From Dehalococcoidales bacterium (lineage in GTDB: Bacteria > Chloroflexota > Dehalococcoidia > Dehalococcoidales > RBG-16-60-22), in NCBI GenBank assembly GCA_050014355.1, contig JBEKDL010000004.1, positions 21,438-85,437 on the forward strand: a DNA stretch of 64,000 nt, written 5' to 3'. Below the pieces are notes generated by a model. That model was given only the letters and a program-made list of their open reading frames with translations. It ran no database searches and was not told the DNA's origin. Every line of letters begins with the position of its first letter. Position 1 is the first letter of the stretch. Of this stretch, positions 28,912 through 38,196 are shown one piece after another. The translations under genes and the position numbers were made by a program.

Positions 28912-29836
28912 AACCCTGCCCTTCGGGTTTATTCTGGGTGCCCTCGTTGTGCTGGTTCTTCCGGGTATGCTGGCCTGTCAGCCGGGCGCGGGCACCGCCA
29001 ATAATAGCCAGAAATCCATTGTTGTTACCTATTCAATCCTTGGTTCCATAGTCAAAGACCTGGTTGGCGATAAGGCGACTGTAACCGTATCGATACCAAA
29101 TGGACTGGACCCACATGAGTGGGAGCCTTCGGCCAGAGACATAGAAAGGATAAACAAGGCCGACCTCGTTATTGAAAACGGGCTCGGGCTTGAAGGCGGT
29201 CTGGAAAAGACCCTGGCCACGGCCAGAAGCAATGGAGTAAAATTTTTTACGGCTTCCGATTACATTACTGTCCGTCATGTCGGAGCGGGGGAAGGAATTC
29301 CTTCCGGTGACCCCGACCAAGTGATTGGCGCCGCCGACCCCCATATATGGATGGACCCGGTAAGCATGAAGAGTGTCGTTAGCGCGCTGGCTCTCGCGCT
29401 GAAGAAAGACCTTAATCTGGACGTTACCGGCCAGGCAACGGACCTGGAAAACCGGCTGGACAGCCTGAACTCCGAGGTTGCTGATATAGTGGCACAGATA
29501 CCTTTAACTGAAAGAAAACTCGTCACCGGCCATGAATCAATGGGGTACTTCGCCCAGCGTTACGGCTTTAAACTGGTCGGTGTTATTATTCCCAGTCTAT
29601 CTTCACAGGCCGGGGTATCAGCCGCCGACCTGGCGGCTCTTAAAAAGGCCATCCAGAATAACCAGGTTAAAGCGATATTCACCGAGCTTGGCACTTCACC
29701 GGCGGTGGCTAAAGCCATCGGGGATGAAACGGGGGTCAAGGTGGTCGAGTTAACAACCCACGCTCTACCTGGTGATGGTTCTTATTTTACATTCCTGCTA
29801 AATCTCACTAATATTGTGGTTAACGCCCTGAAATAA
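28859..29836 (+). CDS. znuA: zinc ABC transporter substrate-binding lipoprotein (TroA/ZnuA family)
   Basis: It has a lipobox (GMLAC) and metal-ligand motifs DPHEWEPS and DPHIWMDP. The start is a putative TTG and is uncertain. Confidence 0.85.
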   Translation: MLHALRAVTHSPTGKARGTLPFGFILGALVVLVLPGMLACQPGAGTANNSQKSIVVTYSILGSIVKDLVGDKATVTVSIPNGLDPHEWEPSARDIERINKADLVIENGLGLEGGLEKTLATARSNGVKFFTASDYITVRHVGAGEGIPSGDPDQVIGAADPHIWMDPVSMKSVVSALALALKKDLNLDVTGQATDLENRLDSLNSEVADIVAQIPLTERKLVTGHESMGYFAQRYGFKLVGVIIPSLSSQAGVSAADLAALKKAIQNNQVKAIFTELGTSPAVAKAIGDETGVKVVELTTHALPGDGSYFTFLLNLTNIVVNALK

Positions 29837-29844
29837 GGATAACC

Positions 29845-30696
29845 GTGGACTTACTAATAACGCCGTTTTCAAACAATAGTTTCATGCTCCAGGCTCTTAC
29901 CGCCGGTATCCTGGTTTCCATAGCCTGTGCTATTGCCGGTACTTTTGTGATATTGCGCGGGCTGGCTTTCATCGGGGATGCGCTGGCCCACGGTGTATTG
30001 CCCGGTATTGCCGTGGCAATTTTAGCGGGTTTTCCCGGGATAATCGGGGCGGCGATAGGCGCCGCGTTCATGATTGGCGGCATCACGCTGATTACCAGGC
30101 GTTCGCGATTATCCTCTGATACTGCTATCGGGCTTTTATTCATCGGAATGCTGTCCCTGGGTGTCGTCATCGTGTCCCGCTCCAACTCTTTCAGCGGCGA
30201 CCTTACCCGCATACTCTTTGGCGAGATTCTGGGCATCAGCACACGGTCAATTTTGATTCAGCTGATAACCACGATTATTATCGCGGCTATCGCTATCATT
30301 TGCGCCCGGCCGTTCCTGCTGCTAAGTTTTGACCCCGAGCAGGCCCAGGTGGCCGGTTTCTCCGCACGCTTTTATCATAATATTATGCTCTTCATGGTCG
30401 CGGCCACCGTGATTGTATCTTTCCAGACCGTGGGCACTCTACTCGTCTTCGGTTTGCTTATCGCGCCGGCCGGCGCCGGTGCCCTGCTGGCGCGGCGCAT
30501 CGAAGTGATGATAGCCTGGGCGATACTCTTCGGCATTCTGTCAATGTATTCAGGGTTATTAATCAGCTATTATTTTAATCTGGCCGCGGGAGCTTCGGTG
30601 ATACTCGTGACAGTGTTAATCTTTTTTATCGTTTTTACTATTCAGAATATACGGCATCGCCGGCTGGTCCATCCCCGGGAGTTGAAACATGTATAA
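29845..30696 (+). CDS. znuB: zinc/manganese ABC transporter permease
   Basis: It is a ZnuB/TroC-type permease with 8-9 TM segments and a GTG start after AAGGA. Confidence 0.85.
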   Translation: MDLLITPFSNNSFMLQALTAGILVSIACAIAGTFVILRGLAFIGDALAHGVLPGIAVAILAGFPGIIGAAIGAAFMIGGITLITRRSRLSSDTAIGLLFIGMLSLGVVIVSRSNSFSGDLTRILFGEILGISTRSILIQLITTIIIAAIAIICARPFLLLSFDPEQAQVAGFSARFYHNIMLFMVAATVIVSFQTVGTLLVFGLLIAPAGAGALLARRIEVMIAWAILFGILSMYSGLLISYYFNLAAGASVILVTVLIFFIVFTIQNIRHRRLVHPRELKHV

Positions 30697-31528
30697 TCAG
30701 GGAAAGGCTTTTGCCTCACCAAAGAACCCCGGCGCTCTATGTATACAGACCAGGGCGCTTGATATTGGTTACGCCGACGAGGTTGTCGTGGCGGATATCA
30801 ACTTCGAGCTAAGACCGGGCGAGGCCATCGCCCTTATCGGCACTAATGGCTGCGGTAAATCGACCCTTTTAAAAACGATTGTGGGTCTGCTGCCGCTTCT
30901 GGGAGGCCACCTGTCGGTATTCGGAGCTCCTCCCGGCAACACCCCTTCCCGGATAGCCTATCTTGGTCAGTTCCATGCCTCCGGGTTTGTCCTACCTATC
31001 CGCACTACAGATGCGGTGCGCATGGGCCGCTTCCCTCTTTATGGCCTGTGGAAGCGCATGGGCCGGCAGGATGATGATATTATTTTTTCCGCCATGCGCA
31101 CCATGGGAATCGAAAAACTGGCCGACTCTCCATTACGCTCACTATCCGGCGGGCAGCAACAGCGGACCTATATCGCCCAGGTCCTGGCTCATCAGGCGGA
31201 CCTGCTGGTGCTCGATGAGCCGACGTCCGGTCTGGATGCCGGCGGCAGAGAACTCTATTTGCAGGCAATAAATAATGAGCTACGCCGGGGAGCTTCGATT
31301 ATCGTGGCCACGCATGATATCCAGGAAGAAGCGGCGCTTTGCCATCAGGTAATGCTCCTGGCCCGCAAAGTAGTCGCTATCGGCGCGCCGCAGGATGTAA
31401 TCACGCCCGAAGCCTTGCTGAAGACATTTGGCATCGTGGTGACCGGTGATAAACGTCTTCAGGTAATTGAGACCAAACACGGGCATGGCGGTAGCGGGCC
31501 ACCGGACGTCACCCAAGAGGAACATTAA
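30689..31528 (+). CDS. znuC: zinc/manganese ABC transporter ATP-binding protein
   Basis: It has Walker A GTNGCGKST, the signature LSGGQQQR and Walker B LVLDEP. Confidence 0.85.
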   Translation: MYNQGKAFASPKNPGALCIQTRALDIGYADEVVVADINFELRPGEAIALIGTNGCGKSTLLKTIVGLLPLLGGHLSVFGAPPGNTPSRIAYLGQFHASGFVLPIRTTDAVRMGRFPLYGLWKRMGRQDDDIIFSAMRTMGIEKLADSPLRSLSGGQQQRTYIAQVLAHQADLLVLDEPTSGLDAGGRELYLQAINNELRRGASIIVATHDIQEEAALCHQVMLLARKVVAIGAPQDVITPEALLKTFGIVVTGDKRLQVIETKHGHGGSGPPDVTQEEH

Positions 31529-31561
31529 TTTGTATCTCCGGTCTCACTCAATAGATAGTCT

Positions 31562-32350
31562 ATGATAGCGATTAATGTGGACCCGGTGGCCTTAACTATC
31601 GGACCTTTATCTGTCCGCTGGTACGGCTTGATGTATGTCGTGGGCATCAGCGTCGGTTTACTGATAGCCTGGCCATATGCCAAGGCCAAAGGGTTCATCG
31701 CCAACCAGTTTGTAACAATCGTTTTATGGGCGGTTCTGGCAGGGTTCGTCGGCGCCAGACTGTACTACGTCGTTCAACAACCTTTAGGACCATACCTCGT
31801 AGAGCCGTGGCGCATTCTGGCAGTATGGGAAGGCGGGATGGCCTTTTACGGGGCCATCTTCGCCGTAGTAATCGTGTTATTTATTGCGGGCTGGCGCCTG
31901 AAAATTTCCACTCTGAAACTACTGGACGTCGGGGCGCTTTTTGCCGCAGTTGGACAGTTCTTTGGCCGCATCGGTAACTTTATCAACGGAGACGTTATCG
32001 GTTACCCTACGGGTTTACCCTGGGGAGTGGTGTACGCTAATCCCAACTCATTCGCTCCAAGACACGATATAGCCTACCAGCCGGCGGCCGCATATGAGGC
32101 CTTGATAAACGTACTGCTCTTCGGTCTTCTCTGGTGGCTGCAGAACAGACTGAAGCCGGGCGTATTATTCTTTGTCTACATCCTTGGCTATTCCATCAGC
32201 CAGATAATCGTGTTTACCTGGCGGGATAACGAGGTAGTATTCCTTGGACTGAAGCAGGCGCAACTGACGGCCATAATAGTTATCATCATCGCTGTAGCTA
32301 TTTTTCTGGCGTTGTTCAGGCGACAGCGTAAACCCGCAACCAGACCTTGA
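31562..32350 (+). CDS. lgt: prolipoprotein diacylglyceryl transferase
   Basis: Lgt hallmarks are present: RWYGLMYV, GARLYYV, GRIGNFINGD. Confidence 0.9.
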   Translation: MIAINVDPVALTIGPLSVRWYGLMYVVGISVGLLIAWPYAKAKGFIANQFVTIVLWAVLAGFVGARLYYVVQQPLGPYLVEPWRILAVWEGGMAFYGAIFAVVIVLFIAGWRLKISTLKLLDVGALFAAVGQFFGRIGNFINGDVIGYPTGLPWGVVYANPNSFAPRHDIAYQPAAAYEALINVLLFGLLWWLQNRLKPGVLFFVYILGYSISQIIVFTWRDNEVVFLGLKQAQLTAIIVIIIAVAIFLALFRRQRKPATRP

Positions 32351-32395
32351 GAAAACGAGCGGAAGGACTGCGGTACCGCTCGAAAAGGAGAGACC

Positions 32396-33167
32396 ATGTT
32401 CAAGGTAAAAGCAACGGTAATTGATTTCCTCGGCGACAAAGAAAAATACCCGTGCCATCATCGATATAAACTCGGCGATGAGTTTATCTTCGATGGCGAG
32501 AGCTTTTCTGGTACAATTTGTCCGAGCCTGGCGCCCCTGGTCGTGCCTAAAATAATTGAGCTTCATGCCGCCGGGCCGAGATACCGGGACACGCTATTTT
32601 ATTACCCTTTCCTGTACTCTCCGGTGAGCGCGGAGGACCCTTCGCTGAAAAGTGAGCGCGGAGGACCCTTCGCTGAAAATCTTCGACGGTGTCGGGTTCA
32701 GGAATGTCCTGCAGACCTATACAGAACCCAGATACCACATGGCTAACCTAGCCAGCAGCGGCTTTAAATGGCCGCCGCCCGAAGCGAGGACCGTGCGCAA
32801 GGACGTCACGATTATCTGCCCTGACTACCGCACCTCCGTGAAGGTGAAGCTTGAAGCCTTCGACTTAAGCGATAAAGGCCGCAACATACCCTATTTCCGC
32901 AGAGAAATGGTACTCTTGCACAAGATTCAAAAAAAGCCGGGCATCAAAATAGATGATATCCTCGGCGAATTTTCCCGTGAACAGATAGAAGGGATATACC
33001 CGGCTTTAAGCCAGGTAATGGTCCGGATGTTAGTGGAGGAGCTGGAGCTAATGTCCTACCTGGGAATCCAAGATGACCGAGCTAAAATCACCAAAAAAGG
33101 GAAGGCTAAACTTGCCGGTTTCAGAGCGGGTCTATCGAAGGAAGAGATAAAGGCGCTGGAAATTTAA
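32396..33167 (+). pseudogene. gene for a roughly 247-aa protein (TIGR04076-like N-terminus, low confidence) disrupted by a +1 frameshift from a 28-bp tandem duplication
   Basis: ORFs 32396-32746 and 32652-33167 share the peptide SAEDPSLK at the junction. Removing one 28-bp copy fuses them in frame (...SPVSAEDPSLKIFDGVGF...). Confidence 0.85.
32624..32679. repeat. perfect 28-bp tandem duplication (2 copies)
   Basis: GTGAGCGCGGAGGACCCTTCGCTGAAAA occupies 32624-32651 and is repeated exactly at 32652-32679. Confidence 0.97.
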
Positions 33168-33356
33168 CCGGATAATCCGGGCTCTTTCCATTCTTTTTAC
33201 CTTCCCCGAAAAATCAAGCCAAAGGTGCAATTTGATTGCATCGCTGCCGATGGTCTATAATCGAGTAGCTATAGAACATTGTTCCTGTAACTTTCCGGAC
33301 GTAACACAGGTCTAATCGTAACCATAAAGTGCGGCAAATAATCTCGAGGAGGCGCC

Positions 33357-34547
33357 ATGGCTAGCGTACTGGAAGGGATTAAAGTTCTGGATTTGACGCA
33401 GGTGTATTCCGGGCCGTTTTGCACGCTGCTGCTTAAAGATATGGGCGCTGAAATCATTAAAATTGAAAGGCCTGGCGCCGGTGACCTGATAAGGAACGAT
33501 GTGCCGCATACGGAAGGCATGGAAGGCGGCCCTTTTATTATCTTGAACCGCGGGAAAAAAAGCCTGACTCTGAATCTAAGGACTGAAAAAGGCCGCAATA
33601 TCTGCAAAGAGCTGTCTAAAAAAGTCGATGTGCTGGTCGAGAATTTCAGCCCGGGGACGATGGACAAGCTCGGCCTTGACAGCAAAGTGCTCTGCAAGCT
33701 GAACCCCGTCCTGATATATGCCTCGATTTCCGCCTACGGGCAGACCGGCCCTTTGCGCGATTACCCCGGCTTTGACCCGGTCGCCCAGGCCATGGGCGGC
33801 ATGACCGCCGTCACCGGCTTCCCGGATAATCCCACCCGTTGCGGTGTATCAATTGCCGACTTTTCCACCGGCATTTTTACCGCGTATTCCATCATCGGCG
33901 CGCTGTTTCACCGGATGAAAACCGGCGAGGGCCAGACGATAGATATTTCCATGCAGGAATGTATCTGGCAATTGACCTCTATCGAGTTTGCGCCATACTA
34001 TTTCCTTAACGGCCAGGACCCGCCGCGCCTGGGAAACCGGCATGCGGCGATGATACCCTGCAACCTTTACCCCACCCAGGACGACAGAATCTTTATCATG
34101 GCCGGCGTCCTCGACCAGCTCAAGCGGCTTTATACCACCATGGGCCGTCAGGACCTCCTTAACACCCCGCTCTGCGCCAACCAGAACGAACGCTACAAGT
34201 ACCGGGATGAAATCGATAACATAATCACGGGCTGGACAAAGACCAGGAAGACCGATGAAATCATGGCGCTGCTCCGCAAAGCCGATGTACCCTGCTCCAG
34301 ATTCCCCACCTTCACGGAAGTCTGCCATGACCCGCAACTGCTAAGCCGGAACGCCATCATCGAAGTGGAACAGATGATATCGGGTAAAGTGAAAGTCCCC
34401 GGCTCTCTCTTCAAGCTTTCTAAAACGCCCGGCAAAATCGATTACCCGGCCCCGTTCCTCGGCCAGGATAATCACGATGTTTTATCAGAAATGCTCGGCT
34501 ACAGCGGGGAAGAAATAACGAAGCTGACTGATGAAGGTGTCCTCTAA
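33357..34547 (+). CDS. family III CoA-transferase (CaiB/BaiF type)
   Basis: The N-terminal LEGIKVLDLTQVYSGPFCTLLLKDMGAEIIKIERPGAGD is typical of the family. The RBS is GAGGAGG. Confidence 0.88.
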   Translation: MASVLEGIKVLDLTQVYSGPFCTLLLKDMGAEIIKIERPGAGDLIRNDVPHTEGMEGGPFIILNRGKKSLTLNLRTEKGRNICKELSKKVDVLVENFSPGTMDKLGLDSKVLCKLNPVLIYASISAYGQTGPLRDYPGFDPVAQAMGGMTAVTGFPDNPTRCGVSIADFSTGIFTAYSIIGALFHRMKTGEGQTIDISMQECIWQLTSIEFAPYYFLNGQDPPRLGNRHAAMIPCNLYPTQDDRIFIMAGVLDQLKRLYTTMGRQDLLNTPLCANQNERYKYRDEIDNIITGWTKTRKTDEIMALLRKADVPCSRFPTFTEVCHDPQLLSRNAIIEVEQMISGKVKVPGSLFKLSKTPGKIDYPAPFLGQDNHDVLSEMLGYSGEEITKLTDEGVL

Positions 34548-34674
34548 CCTCAAAATCCTGTTAATCAGCGCCTCATAAATGGGGGATAGCACCATACCCA
34601 AACCAATGCTAAATCCCACTCGCCGCTACGTGTAAGACGCTATCCTGTTATCAGCCATCACGTGAAGGTAAATC

Positions 34675-37308
34675 ATGCATAAGTTAAAACGCCGGCTGAT
34701 AGGCGGCGCGTTGGTGTTCGCGTTGCTGTTTGTATGCCTGTTCATTCCAGCGTTAATACCCCGCGCCGAAGCCGGCACGTTAGCGGCGTCCTCCCCGGCC
34801 CCCGACCTCACGATTGCATCAATTACCATTTCACCGGATACGCCTTCCATCGGGGATACGGTAACTTTCACCGTGACAGTACAGAACCGGGGAGACGGCC
34901 CGGCAGCGGCATCTCTGCTCGCCTGTTTTATCGATGAGCAAAACTTTGCTACGAGCCAGGTTGACGCAATAAATGCCGGCGCGGTCACGATGATAACTTT
35001 TACCTGGAAAGCGAAGGCGGGGCCGCACGTATTCAGGGCGGTCATCGATAGTAATGACAGCATCGCCGAGTCCGACGAGAACAATAACGATAGGACGATC
35101 GCTTTTTCCGTCCTCGCGGCGGACCTTACCGTCAAGGCGATTTCATGGGTGCCGGTCAGTCCGGCCATGGGAGATACCGTAACTTTTACGGTAACGATTA
35201 CCAACCGGGGCGATAAAAAAGCCGGTAGTTCCCAGCTCGATTTTTCCATCGACGGCAATTCACGGGGTTACCGCACCCTTCTCCCGATAGAAGCCGGCGC
35301 CAGCGTCAACGAGACCTATACCTGGGTGGCTTTATCCGGCACGCATAACATCAGGGCCGTCGCGGATGTGCTGCAGCAGGTTGCCGAGAGCGATGAGACC
35401 AATAACGCTCTGGAGGCTACCCTGGCGACCGCTCTCCCCGACCTGATAATCAATTCTTTGACCGTTTCTCCTCAGAGTATTTTGGCTGGTGATAATGTTA
35501 CATTAACGGCTATAGTTATAAACCAGGGCAGCGGCAGAGCGGTACCATCTATAGTAGCGTGCTATGTCGACAACACGCTTTGGGATTCAACCTACGTTAG
35601 CTTTTTGAGTCCAGGTGAGACTTCGACAGTAACATTCGAGTGGACAACCGATGATAATCCGCACCTCTTCAAAATAATCGCCGATGCCACCGATGTAGTC
35701 AAAGAAAGCGATGAGACCAACAATGTGGCGACCGCTCCATCGCCCCTGGTCTTACCTGACCTTGTTATCCAGAACATCACATGGTCACCTGTATCTCCCG
35801 TAATAAACACTCCGGTGATATTTACGATTACGGTTGCAAACCAGGGTAAATGCAAGTCCTCCTACACTGACCTTAAATACGGAATAAATACTATTTACCA
35901 GTTTACCGCGGTAATTAGCGATCTGGCCCCCGGTGAAACGGCCACGACCACGTTTATGTGGATTCCGGCGTACCCGTCATTCACCATACAGGCCGCCATC
36001 GATACCGCCAATTCTGTCCGAGAAAGCAATGAGTCTAATAACACCTTAACGAAAACGGTTAACTGCATAAATCCCGCGCCGACCGCCGACCTTATCGTTC
36101 AGGACCTCACTGTATCGCCGGCGAAGCCGGTAATCGGAGACACTGTCACGCTAAGCTTGAGTGTAAAAAATCAGGGCACCGGCACGGCGGTCGGTTCGTA
36201 TGCCGCCATTTATCTGGATGATAGCAGGATAAACACGGTATTTATCGATGAGCTTAGCGCCGGAGCGACAATCAATAAAGACATGCCTGTCTCGCTTGCA
36301 GGCCTTACCTACAAAAGCTCGTACAAAATTAGAGTGGAACTCGATTGTAACAGCAACGTATTGGAGACCAATGAATTTAACAATACGAAGGAAATATCTT
36401 TCTCGGTGCTCGCCCCGGACCTCATTGTCCAGAGCATAGAATGGGCGCCGGAACTGCCCGCCGCCGGAGGGCGCATTACATTTGATATTACGGTGAAAAA
36501 CCGCGGCGACGCGAAGGCCGGTAGCTACAAAATTTCCTACTACGTCGATAACGTTTTTGCCGGCCAGCACCTCATCGAGACTATGGAACCCGGGGCCACG
36601 GTTAACCGGTCTTTCACCTGGACGGTTCAAAAGGAACCGTTCACCCTCAATGCGGTTATTGATGAAGCCAACGAAATCAAGGAACAGGATAAATCTAATA
36701 ACAGTAAATCAGTCACTATACCTGCTCCTGATTTGGTAATCGATTTGATAACATGGACGCCGGAAAAGCCGGTAGAAATCGGTCTGGTTACTTTCACCGT
36801 TGGCATTAAAAATCGAGGGTACGGCCAGTCCCCCGGCACTCTTTTATATTGCTATATCGATAGCGCCGCGCCGCTAAGTCTGAAAACCGGGGAAATCGGC
36901 CCCGGCGGGACAACATCCATCACCTTCACTAACTCGTTCATGTCCGGCGGGCACGTCATCCGCTTAATAGCGGACGGTAATGATGCCGTGGCCGAGAGCG
37001 ATGAATCAAATAATGAGAAAACCATCAATATCTCCGTACAACCCTTGCCTAATACCGCATCAACCGTTGCAGTCAAGCCAGCAACCGCCGTTTCCGTAAC
37101 CACCCCTAACCCCGGGGTAACCCCCTCCCCACTGAATAAAACTCCGGCCCAGACGGCAACGGGTAACATCACCTCCAATCTTAAGTCCGCGCCGCCGAAA
37201 TGGCAGAGTATCCTCCAGAACCGCTGGCTCATCATCGGCGTGGCCGTGCTGGGCATCGGCGCTATCGGGGTGCTGCTGGTTTTCAGGAGGAAGAGGAAAA
37301 ACAAGTAA
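34675..37308 (+). CDS. cell-surface protein with seven tandem CARDB-like domains, a Thr/Pro-rich stalk and a C-terminal TM anchor
   Basis: It has a signal peptide, then seven repeats of about 107 aa (roughly 34801-37044). Each repeat carries PDL-x-[IV]...GD-x-VTFT-[IV]-x-N-x-G...ESDE-x-NN. The C-terminus is WLIIGVAVLGIGAIGVLLVFRRKRKNK. Confidence 0.8.
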   Translation: MHKLKRRLIGGALVFALLFVCLFIPALIPRAEAGTLAASSPAPDLTIASITISPDTPSIGDTVTFTVTVQNRGDGPAAASLLACFIDEQNFATSQVDAINAGAVTMITFTWKAKAGPHVFRAVIDSNDSIAESDENNNDRTIAFSVLAADLTVKAISWVPVSPAMGDTVTFTVTITNRGDKKAGSSQLDFSIDGNSRGYRTLLPIEAGASVNETYTWVALSGTHNIRAVADVLQQVAESDETNNALEATLATALPDLIINSLTVSPQSILAGDNVTLTAIVINQGSGRAVPSIVACYVDNTLWDSTYVSFLSPGETSTVTFEWTTDDNPHLFKIIADATDVVKESDETNNVATAPSPLVLPDLVIQNITWSPVSPVINTPVIFTITVANQGKCKSSYTDLKYGINTIYQFTAVISDLAPGETATTTFMWIPAYPSFTIQAAIDTANSVRESNESNNTLTKTVNCINPAPTADLIVQDLTVSPAKPVIGDTVTLSLSVKNQGTGTAVGSYAAIYLDDSRINTVFIDELSAGATINKDMPVSLAGLTYKSSYKIRVELDCNSNVLETNEFNNTKEISFSVLAPDLIVQSIEWAPELPAAGGRITFDITVKNRGDAKAGSYKISYYVDNVFAGQHLIETMEPGATVNRSFTWTVQKEPFTLNAVIDEANEIKEQDKSNNSKSVTIPAPDLVIDLITWTPEKPVEIGLVTFTVGIKNRGYGQSPGTLLYCYIDSAAPLSLKTGEIGPGGTTSITFTNSFMSGGHVIRLIADGNDAVAESDESNNEKTINISVQPLPNTASTVAVKPATAVSVTTPNPGVTPSPLNKTPAQTATGNITSNLKSAPPKWQSILQNRWLIIGVAVLGIGAIGVLLVFRRKRKNK

Positions 37309-37428
37309 CTTTATGTAAAGCTTGCCCCTGACCTATATTGCCAAGATACCCCTCCCTAACTGTTTTATTGACGTAACTTCCATATCAGCGATAAGATTAA
37401 ATTAGATTTGCAGCGGAGAAGTTTGCTC

Positions 37429-38127
37429 ATGACAGATTTAAACCAGAGAATAGGCCATCTGGCACAGCGGCTACTCGAGGCAAAATATGTTGTCGTATTC
37501 ACGGGCGCGGGCATCAGCACGGACTCCGGCTTGAGAGACTTCCGCGGGCCGGACGGCCTCTGGACGCGGCGCGATAAGGGTCTGCCCACGCCGGAGCAAA
37601 ACTGGACCGGCGTCGAGCCGAACTCCGGGCATGTCGCCATCTTCGAACTCCAGGAGCTGGGCAAGCTGGCTTTCCTTATTTCCCAGAACGTGGACAACCT
37701 GCACCTGAAATCGGGTATCAGGCCAGAAATTCTGGCGGAGCTGCACGGCAACCTGACCAAGGTGCGCTGCGTCAATTGCGAGTTCAAGATGGACAGAATG
37801 GAGGACGAACGCGCTTGTCCGCTTTGCGGCGGGAAGCTGAAATCAACGGTGGTGAACTTCGGCGACTCGCTGCCGGCTAAAGACCTGGAGGAATCTTACG
37901 AACATTCGCAGAAATGCGACCTTTTTATCGTAGTGGGTTCCAGCCTGGTAGTCTACCCGGCGGCGGAGATGCCACGGGTGGCTTTAGAGGCCGGGGCCAA
38001 GCTGGTCATCATCAACCAGGGTGAAACTCTGTATGATGCACATGCCCACCTGCGCTTTTCCGAGGGCATCGACGAGGTGCTGCCGGCGGCGGTGGAGAGG
38101 CTGAAAGGATTGATGAAAAATTCTTAG
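37429..38127 (+). CDS. cobB: NAD-dependent protein deacylase, Sir2 family
   Basis: It has GAGISTDSGLRDFRGPDGLW, QNVDNLH and the Zn ribbon CVNCEF...CPLCGG. The ATG at 37429 follows GGAGAAG. Confidence 0.88.
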   Translation: MTDLNQRIGHLAQRLLEAKYVVVFTGAGISTDSGLRDFRGPDGLWTRRDKGLPTPEQNWTGVEPNSGHVAIFELQELGKLAFLISQNVDNLHLKSGIRPEILAELHGNLTKVRCVNCEFKMDRMEDERACPLCGGKLKSTVVNFGDSLPAKDLEESYEHSQKCDLFIVVGSSLVVYPAAEMPRVALEAGAKLVIINQGETLYDAHAHLRFSEGIDEVLPAAVERLKGLMKNS

Positions 38128-38167
38128 CTATCTCCGTCATTAACGCCGCGCCTTTTTTCCCCGCCCA

Positions 38168-38195
38168 CTGGATTCCTGCTTTCACCGGAATGATG
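38168..38195. repeat. REP-like element, degenerate copy of the CTGGATTCCGGCTTTCGCCGGAATG family
   Basis: CTGGATTCCTGCTTTCACCGGAATGATG lies between the convergent cobB and VLRF1-like genes. A perfect-hairpin copy lies at 61738-61763. Confidence 0.7.
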
Positions 38196-38196
38196 T

